Assembly (NCBI RefSeq): GCF_024223415.1
Contig: NZ_CP100500.1
Length of the DNA: 64,000 nt
Reading direction: 5' to 3' (one strand)
From: Escherichia coli
GTDB lineage: Bacteria > Pseudomonadota > Gammaproteobacteria > Enterobacterales > Enterobacteriaceae
Shown: piece by piece, positions 48,807 to 64,000 of the stretch
Layout of the letters: each line of letters begins with the position of its first letter
Numbering within the stretch: the stretch's first letter is position 1
The notes under the pieces: generated by a model
What the model saw: the letters and a program-made list of their open reading frames with translations, nothing else
Told to the model about the DNA's origin: nothing
Databases searched by the model: none
Program-made: the position numbers and the translations under genes

Positions 48807-49205
48807 TTACTTAACCATCTGCTCCAGCTTTTCGCGCAATTCCCCCTCCAGAGCTAATGCTTTCTGCGTTTTAAGATCAATACAAACAAAGGTAATAAGC
48901 GCATCCGCTACTACCTGCCCTTCCGGCTCCAGTGTAATGACCTGGCTTAAGATGCCGCTTTTACCGTTTAATTGCTGTAACTGGCTCGTAATGGTTAACA
49001 AGTCGCTTAATACCGCCGGACGACGATAGTTAATATTGATATTGACCACGACGAAGGCGATGTTATGGGCCGTCATCCACTGAAAACTGTCGCTATTTTC
49101 CAACCCATCCCAGCGGGCTTCTTCGAGAAATTCAAGGTAGCGGGCGTTGTTGACGTGCTGGTAAACGTCGAGATGATATCCACGAACTTTGATTTGTGTT
49201 TGCAT
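48807..49205 (-). CDS. fadM: Long-chain acyl-CoA thioesterase FadM (YbaW), 132 aa
   Basis: ORF track; recalled protein. Confidence 0.93.
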   Translation of the reverse strand: MQTQIKVRGYHLDVYQHVNNARYLEFLEEARWDGLENSDSFQWMTAHNIAFVVVNININYRRPAVLSDLLTITSQLQQLNGKSGILSQVITLEPEGQVVADALITFVCIDLKTQKALALEGELREKLEQMVK

Positions 49206-49258
49206 AGCGCAATAACCTTACGTTGTTTTTATAAAAACTGTTATAAGTACAGAGGTCA

Positions 49259-51704
<2,446 letters not shown>

Positions 51705-51833
51705 GGTGTAACAACACTCCGCTGTAGATGACTGTGTACCTCACGCAACGTATCGATGCGCGCAAAGGCCTATTGTGACAAGAAACGGGGGCAATTGTCA
51801 GCCCACAAGACACAGAAAGTCACCGAATACAAA

Positions 51834-51860
51834 TAAAAAAGGCACATCAGTAGATGCGCC
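51834..51860 (-). terminator. Rho-independent terminator of hupB
   Basis: ggcacatcagtagatgcgcc hairpin with T-run on the minus strand. Confidence 0.65.
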
Positions 51861-51895
51861 CTTGAACTTCGTCACATCCCCACTGGGGACAACGC

Positions 51896-52168
51896 TTAGT
51901 TTACCGCGTCTTTCAGTGCTTTACCTGCACGGAAGCTCGGTACTTTAGCGGCAGCGATGGTGATCTCTTTACCGGTCTGCGGGTTGCGGCCAGTACGGGC
52001 AGCACGCTCTTTAACGGCAAAAGTACCAAAACCTACCAGTGCTACATCATCCCCTTCTTTCAGAGATTCAGTTACGGAAGCAATAATAGCATCTAACGCA
52101 CGGCCAGCCGCAGCTTTAGAGATATCAGCCCCTGCAGCAATCTTGTCGATCAATTGAGATTTATTCAC
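51896..52168 (-). CDS. hupB: DNA-binding protein HU-beta, 90 aa
   Basis: ORF track; recalled protein. Confidence 0.97.
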
Positions 52169-52306
52169 TCTTCTCTTCCTCTTTATAATTTATATCGCAC
52201 TTGAATCCTTCAAGGTACGAACGCGCAGCAGTTATATCAGGCCAGCCATCCCCTTACAACACCCCTTAATAAGGGCAAGCCCGATCCGCCATCTAACTTA
52301 GCGAGA

Positions 52307-52345
52307 CAAAAAAAGGCTGGCAAGCCCGAATTAGCCTGCCAGCCC
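52307..52345 (-). terminator. Rho-independent terminator of lon
   Basis: ggctggcaagcccgaattagcctgccagcc hairpin with T-run on the minus strand. Confidence 0.65.
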
Positions 52346-52376
52346 TGTTTTTATTAGTGCATTTTGCGCGAGGTCA

Positions 52377-54731
52377 CTATTTTGCAGTCACAAGCTGCAT
52401 GCCAGACGGTTCATTTTGCAGCGCCAGAGTCAGAACTTCCTCAATGCGCTTCACAGGATGAATGTCCAGATCGGCAATTACGTTGTCAGGAATCTCTTCC
52501 AGATCGCGTTTATTTTCGAACGGAATTAACACTGTTTTAATCCCGCCGCGATGCGCTGCCAGTAGTTTTTCTTTCAAACCACCGATCGGCAGTACCTGAC
52601 CACGCAGAGTGATCTCACCGGTCATTGCCACATCGGCACGAACCGGGTTACCGGTCAGGCAAGAAACCAGCGCGGTGCACATAGCAATACCGGCACTCGG
52701 ACCATCTTTCGGCGTCGCACCTTCCGGTACGTGGACGTGGATGTCACGTTTTTCGTAAAAATCAGGGTTGATCCCCAGTTTTTCCGCACGCGCACGAACC
52801 ACCGTTAACGCCGCCTGAATAGACTCCTGCATCACTTCGCCGAGCGAACCGGTATAGGTCAGTTTGCCTTTACCCGGAACACATGCGGTTTCAATGGTCA
52901 GCAAGTCACCGCCCACTTCCGTCCACGCCAGACCGGTTACCTGACCGACACGGTTTTCGTTATCCGCGCGTCCATAGTCGAAACGCTGAACACCAAGGTA
53001 GTCATGCAGGTTGTCGCCGTTAATTTCGATATGTTTTAATGACTTATCGAGCAGTAACTGCTTAACCGCTTTACGGCACAGCTTGGAGATTTCACGCTCC
53101 AGACCACGCACGCCCGCCTCACGGGTGTAGTAACGAATAATGCCGATAATGGCGCTATCGTCGACGGTCAGCTCACCTTTTTTCAGTGCATTACGTTCAA
53201 TCTGCTTCGGCAGCAGGTGACGTTTGGCGATGTTCAGTTTTTCATCTTCGGTATAACCGGAGAGGCGAATCACTTCCATACGATCCAGCAGCGGTGCCGG
53301 AATGTTCATGGAGTTCGACGTCGCGACAAACATCACGTCGCTGAGATCGTAATCCACTTCCAGGTAGTGGTCGCTGAACGCTACGTTCTGCTCTGGATCG
53401 AGCACTTCAAGCAGTGCAGAGGCCGGATCGCCACGCATGTCAGAAGACATTTTGTCGATCTCATCGAGCAGGAACAGCGGGTTTTTAACGCCCACTTTCG
53501 CCATTTTCTGGATCAATTTACCCGGCATAGAACCGATGTAAGTACGGCGGTGACCACGGATTTCCGCTTCATCACGCACGCCGCCCAGCGCCATACGGAC
53601 ATATTTACGCCCGGTGGCTTTGGCAATGGACTGACCAAGAGAGGTTTTACCTACCCCCGGCGGCCCTACCAGGCAGAGGATCGGTCCCTTGATTTTGTTG
53701 ACACGGCTTTGAACCGCAAGATACTCAAGGATTCGATCTTTCACGCGCTCCAGACCATAATGGTCGGTATCAAGGATTTCCTGCGCCTGACGCAGGTCTT
53801 TTTTGACCTTGCTGCGCGCATTCCACGGTACCTGTACCATCCAGTCGATATAACCACGCACTACGGTCGCTTCTGCCGACATCGGAGACATCATTTTCAG
53901 CTTCTGCAACTCTGCTTCCGCTTTCTCTTTTGCCTCTTTCGGCATCTTCGCCGCGTCGATTTTGCGCTTCAGGGCTTCGTTTTCGTCCGGCGCGTCGTCC
54001 ATTTCACCGAGTTCTTTCTGAATAGCTTTCATTTGCTCGTTCAGATAGTACTCACGCTGGGATTTCTCCATCTGCTTTTTAACGCGGTTGCGAATGCGTT
54101 TCTCAACCTGCAGCAGATCGATTTCCGATTCCATCATTGCCATCAGATATTCCAGACGTTCGTTAACGTCGGACATCTCCAGAACGGACTGTTTGTCAGC
54201 CAGTTTCAGCGGCATATGTGCAGCAATGGTATCCGCCAGACGCGCCGGATCGTCGATGCTATTCAGCGACGTCAGCACTTCTGGTGGGATTTTTTTGTTC
54301 AGCTTGATGTAGCCTTCGAACTGGCTGATTGCAGTACGCACCAGCACTTCCTGTTCTCGCTCATCAATGGTCGGCGACTCCAGATACTCCGCCTTCGCAG
54401 AAAAGTGTTCGCCATTGTCAGAGAGCGCAGAAATACGCGCGCGCTGTAACCCCTCGACCAGCACTTTGACGGTGCCGTCAGGCAGTTTCAGCATCTGCAA
54501 TATAGAGGCCACGGTCCCGACGGTGAAAAGATCGTTTACACCCGGCTCATCCGTTGAAGCTTCTTTCTGCGCGACCAGCATAATTTTTTTATCATGGTCC
54601 ATCGCCGCTTCCAGACAACGGATAGATTTTTCCCGCCCGACAAATAAGGGGATGACCATGTGCGGATAAACCACCACATCGCGCAGCGGCAATACGGGGA
54701 TTTCAATGCGTTCAGAACGCTCAGGATTCAT
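52377..54731 (-). CDS. lon: ATP-dependent Lon protease, 784 aa
   Basis: ORF track trimmed to [18 protein letters not shown]; Walker [10 protein letters not shown], catalytic Ser in PKDGPSAG. Confidence 0.97.
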   Translation of the reverse strand: MNPERSERIEIPVLPLRDVVVYPHMVIPLFVGREKSIRCLEAAMDHDKKIMLVAQKEASTDEPGVNDLFTVGTVASILQMLKLPDGTVKVLVEGLQRARISALSDNGEHFSAKAEYLESPTIDEREQEVLVRTAISQFEGYIKLNKKIPPEVLTSLNSIDDPARLADTIAAHMPLKLADKQSVLEMSDVNERLEYLMAMMESEIDLLQVEKRIRNRVKKQMEKSQREYYLNEQMKAIQKELGEMDDAPDENEALKRKIDAAKMPKEAKEKAEAELQKLKMMSPMSAEATVVRGYIDWMVQVPWNARSKVKKDLRQAQEILDTDHYGLERVKDRILEYLAVQSRVNKIKGPILCLVGPPGVGKTSLGQSIAKATGRKYVRMALGGVRDEAEIRGHRRTYIGSMPGKLIQKMAKVGVKNPLFLLDEIDKMSSDMRGDPASALLEVLDPEQNVAFSDHYLEVDYDLSDVMFVATSNSMNIPAPLLDRMEVIRLSGYTEDEKLNIAKRHLLPKQIERNALKKGELTVDDSAIIGIIRYYTREAGVRGLEREISKLCRKAVKQLLLDKSLKHIEINGDNLHDYLGVQRFDYGRADNENRVGQVTGLAWTEVGGDLLTIETACVPGKGKLTYTGSLGEVMQESIQAALTVVRARAEKLGINPDFYEKRDIHVHVPEGATPKDGPSAGIAMCTALVSCLTGNPVRADVAMTGEITLRGQVLPIGGLKEKLLAAHRGGIKTVLIPFENKRDLEEIPDNVIADLDIHPVKRIEEVLTLALQNEPSGMQLVTAK

Positions 54732-54813
54732 AGAGCTCTCTCTTAGTTTAATTTCCGCCAGGTAATCAGATGACACGACTGTGCTTCACGCCATCTATTA
54801 ACATGTACGTCAG

Positions 54814-54842
54814 TATATGGGGATGTTTCCCCCACATTCAAC
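54814..54842 (-). promoter_or_regulatory. Sigma-32 heat-shock promoter of lon (TTGAA -35, CCCCATAT -10)
   Basis: Minus strand reads cgttgaatgtgggggaaacatccccatatactgacg upstream of lon. Confidence 0.75.
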
Positions 54843-54918
54843 GCCGAGAATAGAGGAAAAATTAAAGGGGAGATAAAATCCCCCCTTTTTGGTTAACTAA
54901 TTGTATGGGAATGGTTAA

Positions 54919-56193
54919 TTATTCACCAGATGCCTGTTGCGCTTCCGGCTTGCCATAAATCAGCAACGGTTTGCTTTGACCATCAATTACCGACTCGTCG
55001 ATAACCACTTTTTCGACATCTTCCATGGACGGCAGATCGTACATGGTATCGAGCAGTGCGGCTTCTACGATGGAACGCAGGCCACGGGCACCGGTTTTAC
55101 GCGCCATCGCTTTCTTAGCGATAGCATCCAGCGCCTCGTCACGGAATTCCAGATCCACGCCTTCCAGATTAAACAGCGCCTGATACTGCTTGGTCAGGGC
55201 GTTTTTCGGCTCTTTGAGGATCTGAATCAGAGCTTCTTCGCTCAGTTCATTCAACGTTGCGACAACCGGCAGACGACCAATAAACTCAGGGATAAGACCA
55301 AACTTGATCAGATCTTCCGGTTCAACCTGCGCCAGCAGCTCGCCTTCGCTTGCTTTGTCGGACTTCGCTTTTACCGTCGCGCCAAAACCAATGCCGGAGC
55401 CGGTTTCTACACGATGGGAAATCACTTTATCCAGACCGGCAAACGCACCGCCACAAATAAACAGGATCTTAGAGGTATCAACCTGCAAGAATTCCTGCTG
55501 CGGATGTTTACGCCCACCTTGCGGTGGAACAGCAGCTACCGTACCTTCGATCAGTTTCAACAGTGCCTGCTGTACGCCTTCACCGGAAACGTCACGGGTA
55601 ATAGACGGGTTGTCTGACTTACGAGAAATCTTGTCGATTTCATCGATGTAGACAATCCCGCGCTGCGCTTTCTGTACGTCGTAATCGCACTTTTGCAACA
55701 GCTTCTGAATGATGTTTTCAACGTCTTCGCCCACATAACCGGCTTCGGTCAGCGTGGTTGCGTCGGCCATGGTGAACGGGACGTCCAGCAGGCGCGCCAG
55801 CGTTTCAGCCAACAGCGTTTTACCGGAACCGGTCGGACCGATCAGTAGAATGTTACTTTTGCCCAACTCGACACCATTGCTGGTATCGCCGTTGCGCAGA
55901 CGTTTGTAATGGTTGTATACCGCGACCGCCAGCACTTTTTTCGCCTGTTCCTGGCCGATAACGTAATCGTCCAGGTGGTTACGAATTTCATGCGGCGTCG
56001 GTAGCGCACTGCGTTCACGATGCGGTGCAACTTCTTTAATCTCTTCGCGAATGATGTCGTTACATAAATCAACACATTCGTCGCAGATATACACGGATGG
56101 ACCGGCAATCAGCTTGCGCACTTCATGCTGGCTTTTGCCGCAAAAAGAGCAATACAGCAATTTGCCTGAGCCATCTTTGCGTTTATCTGTCAT
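54919..56193 (-). CDS. clpX: ATP-dependent Clp protease ATP-binding subunit ClpX, 424 aa
   Basis: ORF track; N-terminal C4 zinc finger, Walker A GPTGSGKT. Confidence 0.97.
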
Positions 56194-56323
56194 GGGTCAA
56201 AACCTCTTCTTTGTTCTTTGTGCCGCACACGACGACGCAAATGCCATTCTCAGGCGCAAGCCGCTTACAGCGTTGTGCCGCCCTGGATAAGATAAGTATA
56301 GCGGCACAGTTGCGCCTCTGGCA

Positions 56324-56947
56324 TCAATTACGATGGGTCAGAATCGAATCGACCAGACCGTATTCCACCGCTTCAGGGGCGGAAAGGAAGCGATCGCGCT
56401 CGGTATCACGTTCAATCTGTTCTAATGATTGACCCGTATGAAGCGCCATAAGTTCATTCATGCGCCCTTTAACTTTCAGAATTTCACGGGCATGAATTTC
56501 GATATCGGTCGCCTGGCCCTGGTAGCCGCCCAACGGTTGGTGAATCATCACGCGCGAATTCGGCAGGCAAAAACGTTTACCTTTTGCCCCTGCGGTCAGC
56601 AAGAAAGCGCCCATCGAGGCCGCCTGGCCCATACAGATGGTGCTGACATCAGGCTTGATAAACTGCATGGTGTCATAGATAGACATCCCGGCAGTAATCA
56701 CCCCGCCTGGAGAGTTAATGTAGAGATAGATATCTTTTTCTGGGTTTTCTGCTTCCAGGAACAGCATCTGCGCCACAATCAGGTTAGCCATGTGGTCTTC
56801 AACCTGGCCAGTTAGAAAAATGACGCGTTCCTTAAGTAGACGAGAATAGATATCAAAAGAGCGCTCACCTCGTGAGGTCTGTTCAATGACCATCGGCACC
56901 AGCGCCATATGGGGTGCAAAGTTATCTCGTTCGCCGCTGTATGACAT
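56324..56947 (-). CDS. clpP: ATP-dependent Clp protease proteolytic subunit ClpP, 207 aa
   Basis: ORF track; recalled protein. Confidence 0.97.
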   Translation of the reverse strand: MSYSGERDNFAPHMALVPMVIEQTSRGERSFDIYSRLLKERVIFLTGQVEDHMANLIVAQMLFLEAENPEKDIYLYINSPGGVITAGMSIYDTMQFIKPDVSTICMGQAASMGAFLLTAGAKGKRFCLPNSRVMIHQPLGGYQGQATDIEIHAREILKVKGRMNELMALHTGQSLEQIERDTERDRFLSAPEAVEYGLVDSILTHRN

Positions 56948-57193
56948 TTCCGTCTCCTGGATAAAATTGAAAAAACCTGCTGTACCGATTGTAACCTTAT
57001 GGACGGATTATCAGCTAGTCCCTGTGTTATGGGTACGGCATCACCATATTTCAAGCATAACAATCTTTTGTTGTTACGCTAACACCGAAAGAGGCTTTTC
57101 GCACGGTTCCATGCAAAATTCATGACAAAAAAAAAGCCCACCACCTGGCGGTGACGGGCCTTTGTGCGAATTTAGCGCGTTATGCTGCGTAAA

Positions 57194-58501
<1,308 letters not shown>

Positions 58502-58835
58502 TCAAAAAATCACAGTGCTCGGTCAACTCTTACCCCGCAAGCACAGGTTGTTGGCTTCGCGGAACCGGGATGTTCTTATAATCAATCACATTCCCTGTTA
58601 CCAGAATCATCCCGAAAGCATTCAAATAGGACGCGGCATTATAGCGGCATCACTTTTATGAGTCGAGAACGGTTATTGCGCGCTGTCGCGTATTTTTTCA
58701 CAATTCCCGGGCAATTTTCGTCTGAATGCTGGGCAAAAAGCGCAAAATCCAGACAAAACAAAACGGCCCGCAGGCCGTTTTTCATAAAATCTTTAGCAAC
58801 ATACTGGAAAAGCGCCGACAGTTGCAAATGCGTTT

Positions 58836-59153
58836 TTACGCGATGCTTCCTGCTCCACGACAGGGAGGAGAGGCAAAGACGGTGTCCTGCAACCCTTCCC
58901 ACTCCTTAATAGTGTAAGTATGCAGAGCCAGCGCATGAACGGTAGTAGAGAGTTCCTCCGCTAAAGTACTGTAAATCATTCGATGACGATTCAGAAAACG
59001 TTCACCCGTAAAACGATCGCTGACCAGCACAACTTTAAAATGGCTTTCAGAGCCGGCTGGGACATTGTGACGATAGCTTTCATCCACTACTTCGAGGAAT
59101 ACGGGTTGGAACGCCGCCCTTAATTTTTCTTCTATCCGCTCACGTATCATCAT
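58836..59153 (-). CDS. bolA: Stress/morphogene regulator BolA, 105 aa
   Basis: ORF track trimmed to [17 protein letters not shown]. Confidence 0.93.
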
Positions 59154-59457
59154 GAAATATCTCCTCCGACAACGCTGAGATGTCATCCATCCCTTTAAAT
59201 ACTAGCCGCTTTTACCGTTTCCATTGCAGCTTAACAACAAATATTTAGGTTTCGTCCTGGTTTTTCCGTCAAGCGTATGAAGTTTACTGATTTAAAGATT
59301 GAAACACAGGCCTCGCATCAGCGTTTCTTTTACCAGGGGCGATTATTTCGTCAACATGATGAATTTACATGCCTTACCTACTTCCCCTCGCCGTTGGCAA
59401 TGTTATGATGGCGGGAATTTTTACCAAACACGCTTAAGAGTCTCTGAGAGCCCGAAC

Positions 59458-60036
59458 ATGTTCAAAAAAATCCTCTTCCCGTTAGTTGCTCTGTTTATGC
59501 TTGCAGGATGCGCAAAACCGCCAACAACTATTGAAGTTTCCCCGACGATTACACTGCCACAGCAGGATCCAAGCCTGATGGGCGTCACCGTAAGCATTAA
59601 TGGTGCCGATCAGCGTACCGATCAGGCGCTGGCAAAAGTCACCCGCGATAATCAAATCGTTACCCTGACCGCCTCCCGCGATCTGCGTTTCCTGCTGCAA
59701 GAAGTGCTGGAAAAACAGATGACCGCGCGTGGTTACATGGTTGGTCCGAATGGCCCGGTTAATCTGCAAATCATCGTTAGCCAACTGTATGCTGACGTGT
59801 CTCAGGGCAACGTGCGCTACAACATCGCGACCAAAGCGGATATCGCCATCATTGCTACCGCGCAGAATGGCAACAAAATGACCAAAAACTATCGTGCCAG
59901 CTACAACGTTGAAGGTGCATTCCAGGCCTCCAACAAAAATATCGCCGATGCGGTTAACAGTGTGCTGACCGATACCATCGCTGATATGTCTCAGGACACC
60001 AGCATTCACGAATTCATCAAGCAGAACGCGCGTTAA
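59458..60036 (+). CDS. yajG: Lipoprotein YajG, 192 aa
   Basis: ORF track trimmed to MFKKILFPLVALFMLAGC lipobox. Confidence 0.92.
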   Translation: MFKKILFPLVALFMLAGCAKPPTTIEVSPTITLPQQDPSLMGVTVSINGADQRTDQALAKVTRDNQIVTLTASRDLRFLLQEVLEKQMTARGYMVGPNGPVNLQIIVSQLYADVSQGNVRYNIATKADIAIIATAQNGNKMTKNYRASYNVEGAFQASNKNIADAVNSVLTDTIADMSQDTSIHEFIKQNAR

Positions 60037-60079
60037 TTTCTGCCCTCTGGCCCGGTGCAAGCCGGGCCTGTAGACGCCC

Positions 60080-61555
60080 ATGTCCAGTCAATATTTACGT
60101 ATTTTTCAACAGCCGCGTTCAGCCATATTGCTGATCCTGGGTTTTGCTTCCGGGCTACCGCTCGCCCTGACATCCGGCACCTTACAGGCCTGGATGACGG
60201 TCGAGAATATCGATCTCAAAACCATTGGTTTCTTCTCTCTGGTAGGCCAGGCTTACGTTTTTAAATTCCTCTGGTCACCGCTGATGGACCGCTACACGCC
60301 CCCATTTTTTGGGCGGCGGCGCGGTTGGCTGCTCGCCACACAAATCCTGTTATTAGTCGCCATTGCGGCGATGGGTTTTCTCGAACCAGGCACCCAACTC
60401 CGCTGGATGGCGGCGCTGGCGGTGGTGATCGCTTTTTGCTCTGCCTCCCAGGATATTGTCTTCGATGCGTGGAAAACCGATGTGCTCCCGGCAGAAGAAC
60501 GTGGTGCGGGCGCGGCAATCAGCGTTCTGGGTTACCGTTTAGGGATGCTGGTTTCCGGCGGCCTAGCCCTGTGGCTGGCAGATAAATGGCTGGGCTGGCA
60601 GGGCATGTACTGGTTGATGGCGGCGCTGTTGATCCCCTGTATTATCGCGACGTTGCTTGCACCAGAACCAACCGACACCATTCCTGTGCCCAAAACGCTG
60701 GAACAAGCGGTTGTTGCACCTCTGCGAGATTTCTTTGGTCGCAATAATGCCTGGCTTATTTTGCTTCTTATCGTGCTGTATAAGCTGGGCGACGCATTCG
60801 CCATGAGCCTGACAACCACGTTTTTGATTCGCGGCGTCGGGTTTGATGCGGGTGAAGTAGGCGTGGTAAACAAAACGCTTGGCTTACTAGCGACCATTGT
60901 TGGCGCATTGTACGGTGGGATTTTGATGCAGCGCCTGTCACTGTTCCGGGCACTGCTGATTTTCGGCATTTTACAAGGTGCGTCTAACGCTGGTTACTGG
61001 CTGCTGTCGATTACTGATAAGCATCTCTACAGCATGAGCGCAGCCGTCTTTTTCGAAAACCTCTGTGGCGGGATGGGCACATCAGCCTTTGTCGCGCTGT
61101 TAATGACGCTATGTAATAAGTCATTTTCCGCTACTCAATTTGCCCTGCTCTCAGCGCTTTCTGCTGTAGGGCGAGTTTATGTCGGCCCCGTGGCGGGTTG
61201 GTTTGTTGAAGCACACGGCTGGTCGACATTCTATCTATTCTCCGTCGCCGCTGCCGTACCAGGGCTTATTTTGCTGCTGGTTTGCCGCCAGACGCTTGAA
61301 TATACACGAGTAAATGACAACTTTATCTCCCGTACCGCATATCCGGCAGGTTATGCCTTTGCCATGTGGACACTGGCGGCGGGCGTCAGCCTGTTGGCCG
61401 TGTGGTTACTGCTGTTGACGATGGACGCGCTGGATTTGACGCACTTCTCTTTCCTGCCTGCTCTGCTGGAAGTCGGGGTTTTAGTCGCCCTTTCTGGCGT
61501 CGTGCTTGGTGGTTTGCTGGATTATCTGGCGCTACGAAAAACGCATCTGACGTAA
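60080..61555 (+). CDS. ampG: Anhydromuropeptide permease AmpG (MFS), 491 aa
   Basis: ORF track; recalled protein. Confidence 0.95.
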   Translation: MSSQYLRIFQQPRSAILLILGFASGLPLALTSGTLQAWMTVENIDLKTIGFFSLVGQAYVFKFLWSPLMDRYTPPFFGRRRGWLLATQILLLVAIAAMGFLEPGTQLRWMAALAVVIAFCSASQDIVFDAWKTDVLPAEERGAGAAISVLGYRLGMLVSGGLALWLADKWLGWQGMYWLMAALLIPCIIATLLAPEPTDTIPVPKTLEQAVVAPLRDFFGRNNAWLILLLIVLYKLGDAFAMSLTTTFLIRGVGFDAGEVGVVNKTLGLLATIVGALYGGILMQRLSLFRALLIFGILQGASNAGYWLLSITDKHLYSMSAAVFFENLCGGMGTSAFVALLMTLCNKSFSATQFALLSALSAVGRVYVGPVAGWFVEAHGWSTFYLFSVAAAVPGLILLLVCRQTLEYTRVNDNFISRTAYPAGYAFAMWTLAAGVSLLAVWLLLLTMDALDLTHFSFLPALLEVGVLVALSGVVLGGLLDYLALRKTHLT

Positions 61556-62014
61556 TCTGTAAATATTATTTAGCTGTAGTAATCACTCGCCGTAATTATT
61601 ACGGCTAAATAAACATCAGCATCGCTTATTAATATTTGTTCTTTTGTGCGGCTTAGCGTTTGGAAATTATTGGCGCCATTTATAAATTCTATTTTTCTTA
61701 CACGATTCAGCTAATGAGTCTTTATTTTCTCACCACCCAGTTGTCACTCCAATGATAATTATTTGTTAAATAATTGTTTTATTTCGCATTGGTTATACCA
61801 ATTGCCCGCCCAGACTCCTTCTGCACTCCCCTTTTGTTATAACGCCCTTTTGCAACAGCTTCTTAAAATCAACCTGATATGTTTTGCAACATATGTGACC
61901 TGACAGCCAAATCCAAGTAACAGGAATTTAATCATGTTTACAGTAATGTAACCTTCCCGTAAAATGCCCACACACTTTAAACGCCACCAGATCCCGTGGA
62001 ATTGAGGTCGTTAA

Positions 62015-62962
<948 letters not shown>

Positions 62963-62971
62963 AGGGGTTGA

Positions 62972-64000
<1,029 letters not shown>

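Noticed and set aside
53217-54449. 410-aa ORF antisense to lon
   Set aside because: Antisense shadow ORF within lon; no RBS or promoter, and composition not protein-like.

Overview
Chromosomal core segment of an Escherichia coli-type enterobacterial genome, running copA -> ybaQ/ybaP/ybaK -> ushA -> fsr -> ybaL -> gsk -> aes -> hemH -> adk -> htpG -> recR-ybaB-dnaX -> apt -> ybaN -> priC -> ybaM -> mscK -> acrR/acrAB -> tomB-hha -> maa -> ylaC -> pdeB -> ybaA -> ffs -> atl -> ybaY -> tesB -> glnK-amtB -> mdlAB -> decR -> cof -> ybaE -> queC -> fadM -> ybaV -> ppiD -> hupB -> lon -> clpX -> clpP -> tig -> bolA -> yajG -> ampG -> cyoA -> cyoB (3' truncated). This is the reverse complement of the K-12 map order. 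Nearly all of it is ordinary housekeeping genome; gene calls rest on the supplied ORF track plus my recollection of the E. coli proteins, and no search was run. Two segments stand out. (1) The first ~790 bp, upstream of the CueR-controlled copA promoter, is not the glsA(ybaS) sequence I expect there: it holds at least two ~200-bp tandem paralogous units, each ending in an intrinsic terminator, then a third terminator-bounded segment overlapped on the opposite strand by a 73-aa ORF with a strong Shine-Dalgarno. I do not recognise it, and the array continues beyond the window start. (2) A 1431-bp IS3-family element, most consistent with the REP-targeting IS1397, sits inside a REP palindromic unit between copA and ybaQ with a 4-bp GTAA target duplication; its orfA appears frame-disrupted at the 5' end. 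Also present: sRNA chiX, 4.5S RNA ffs, recoding sites in copA and dnaX, and several promoters, operators and terminators. No CRISPR array, rRNA, tRNA or prophage block was seen. Coordinates of non-CDS features are from manual reading and may be off by 1-3 nt.
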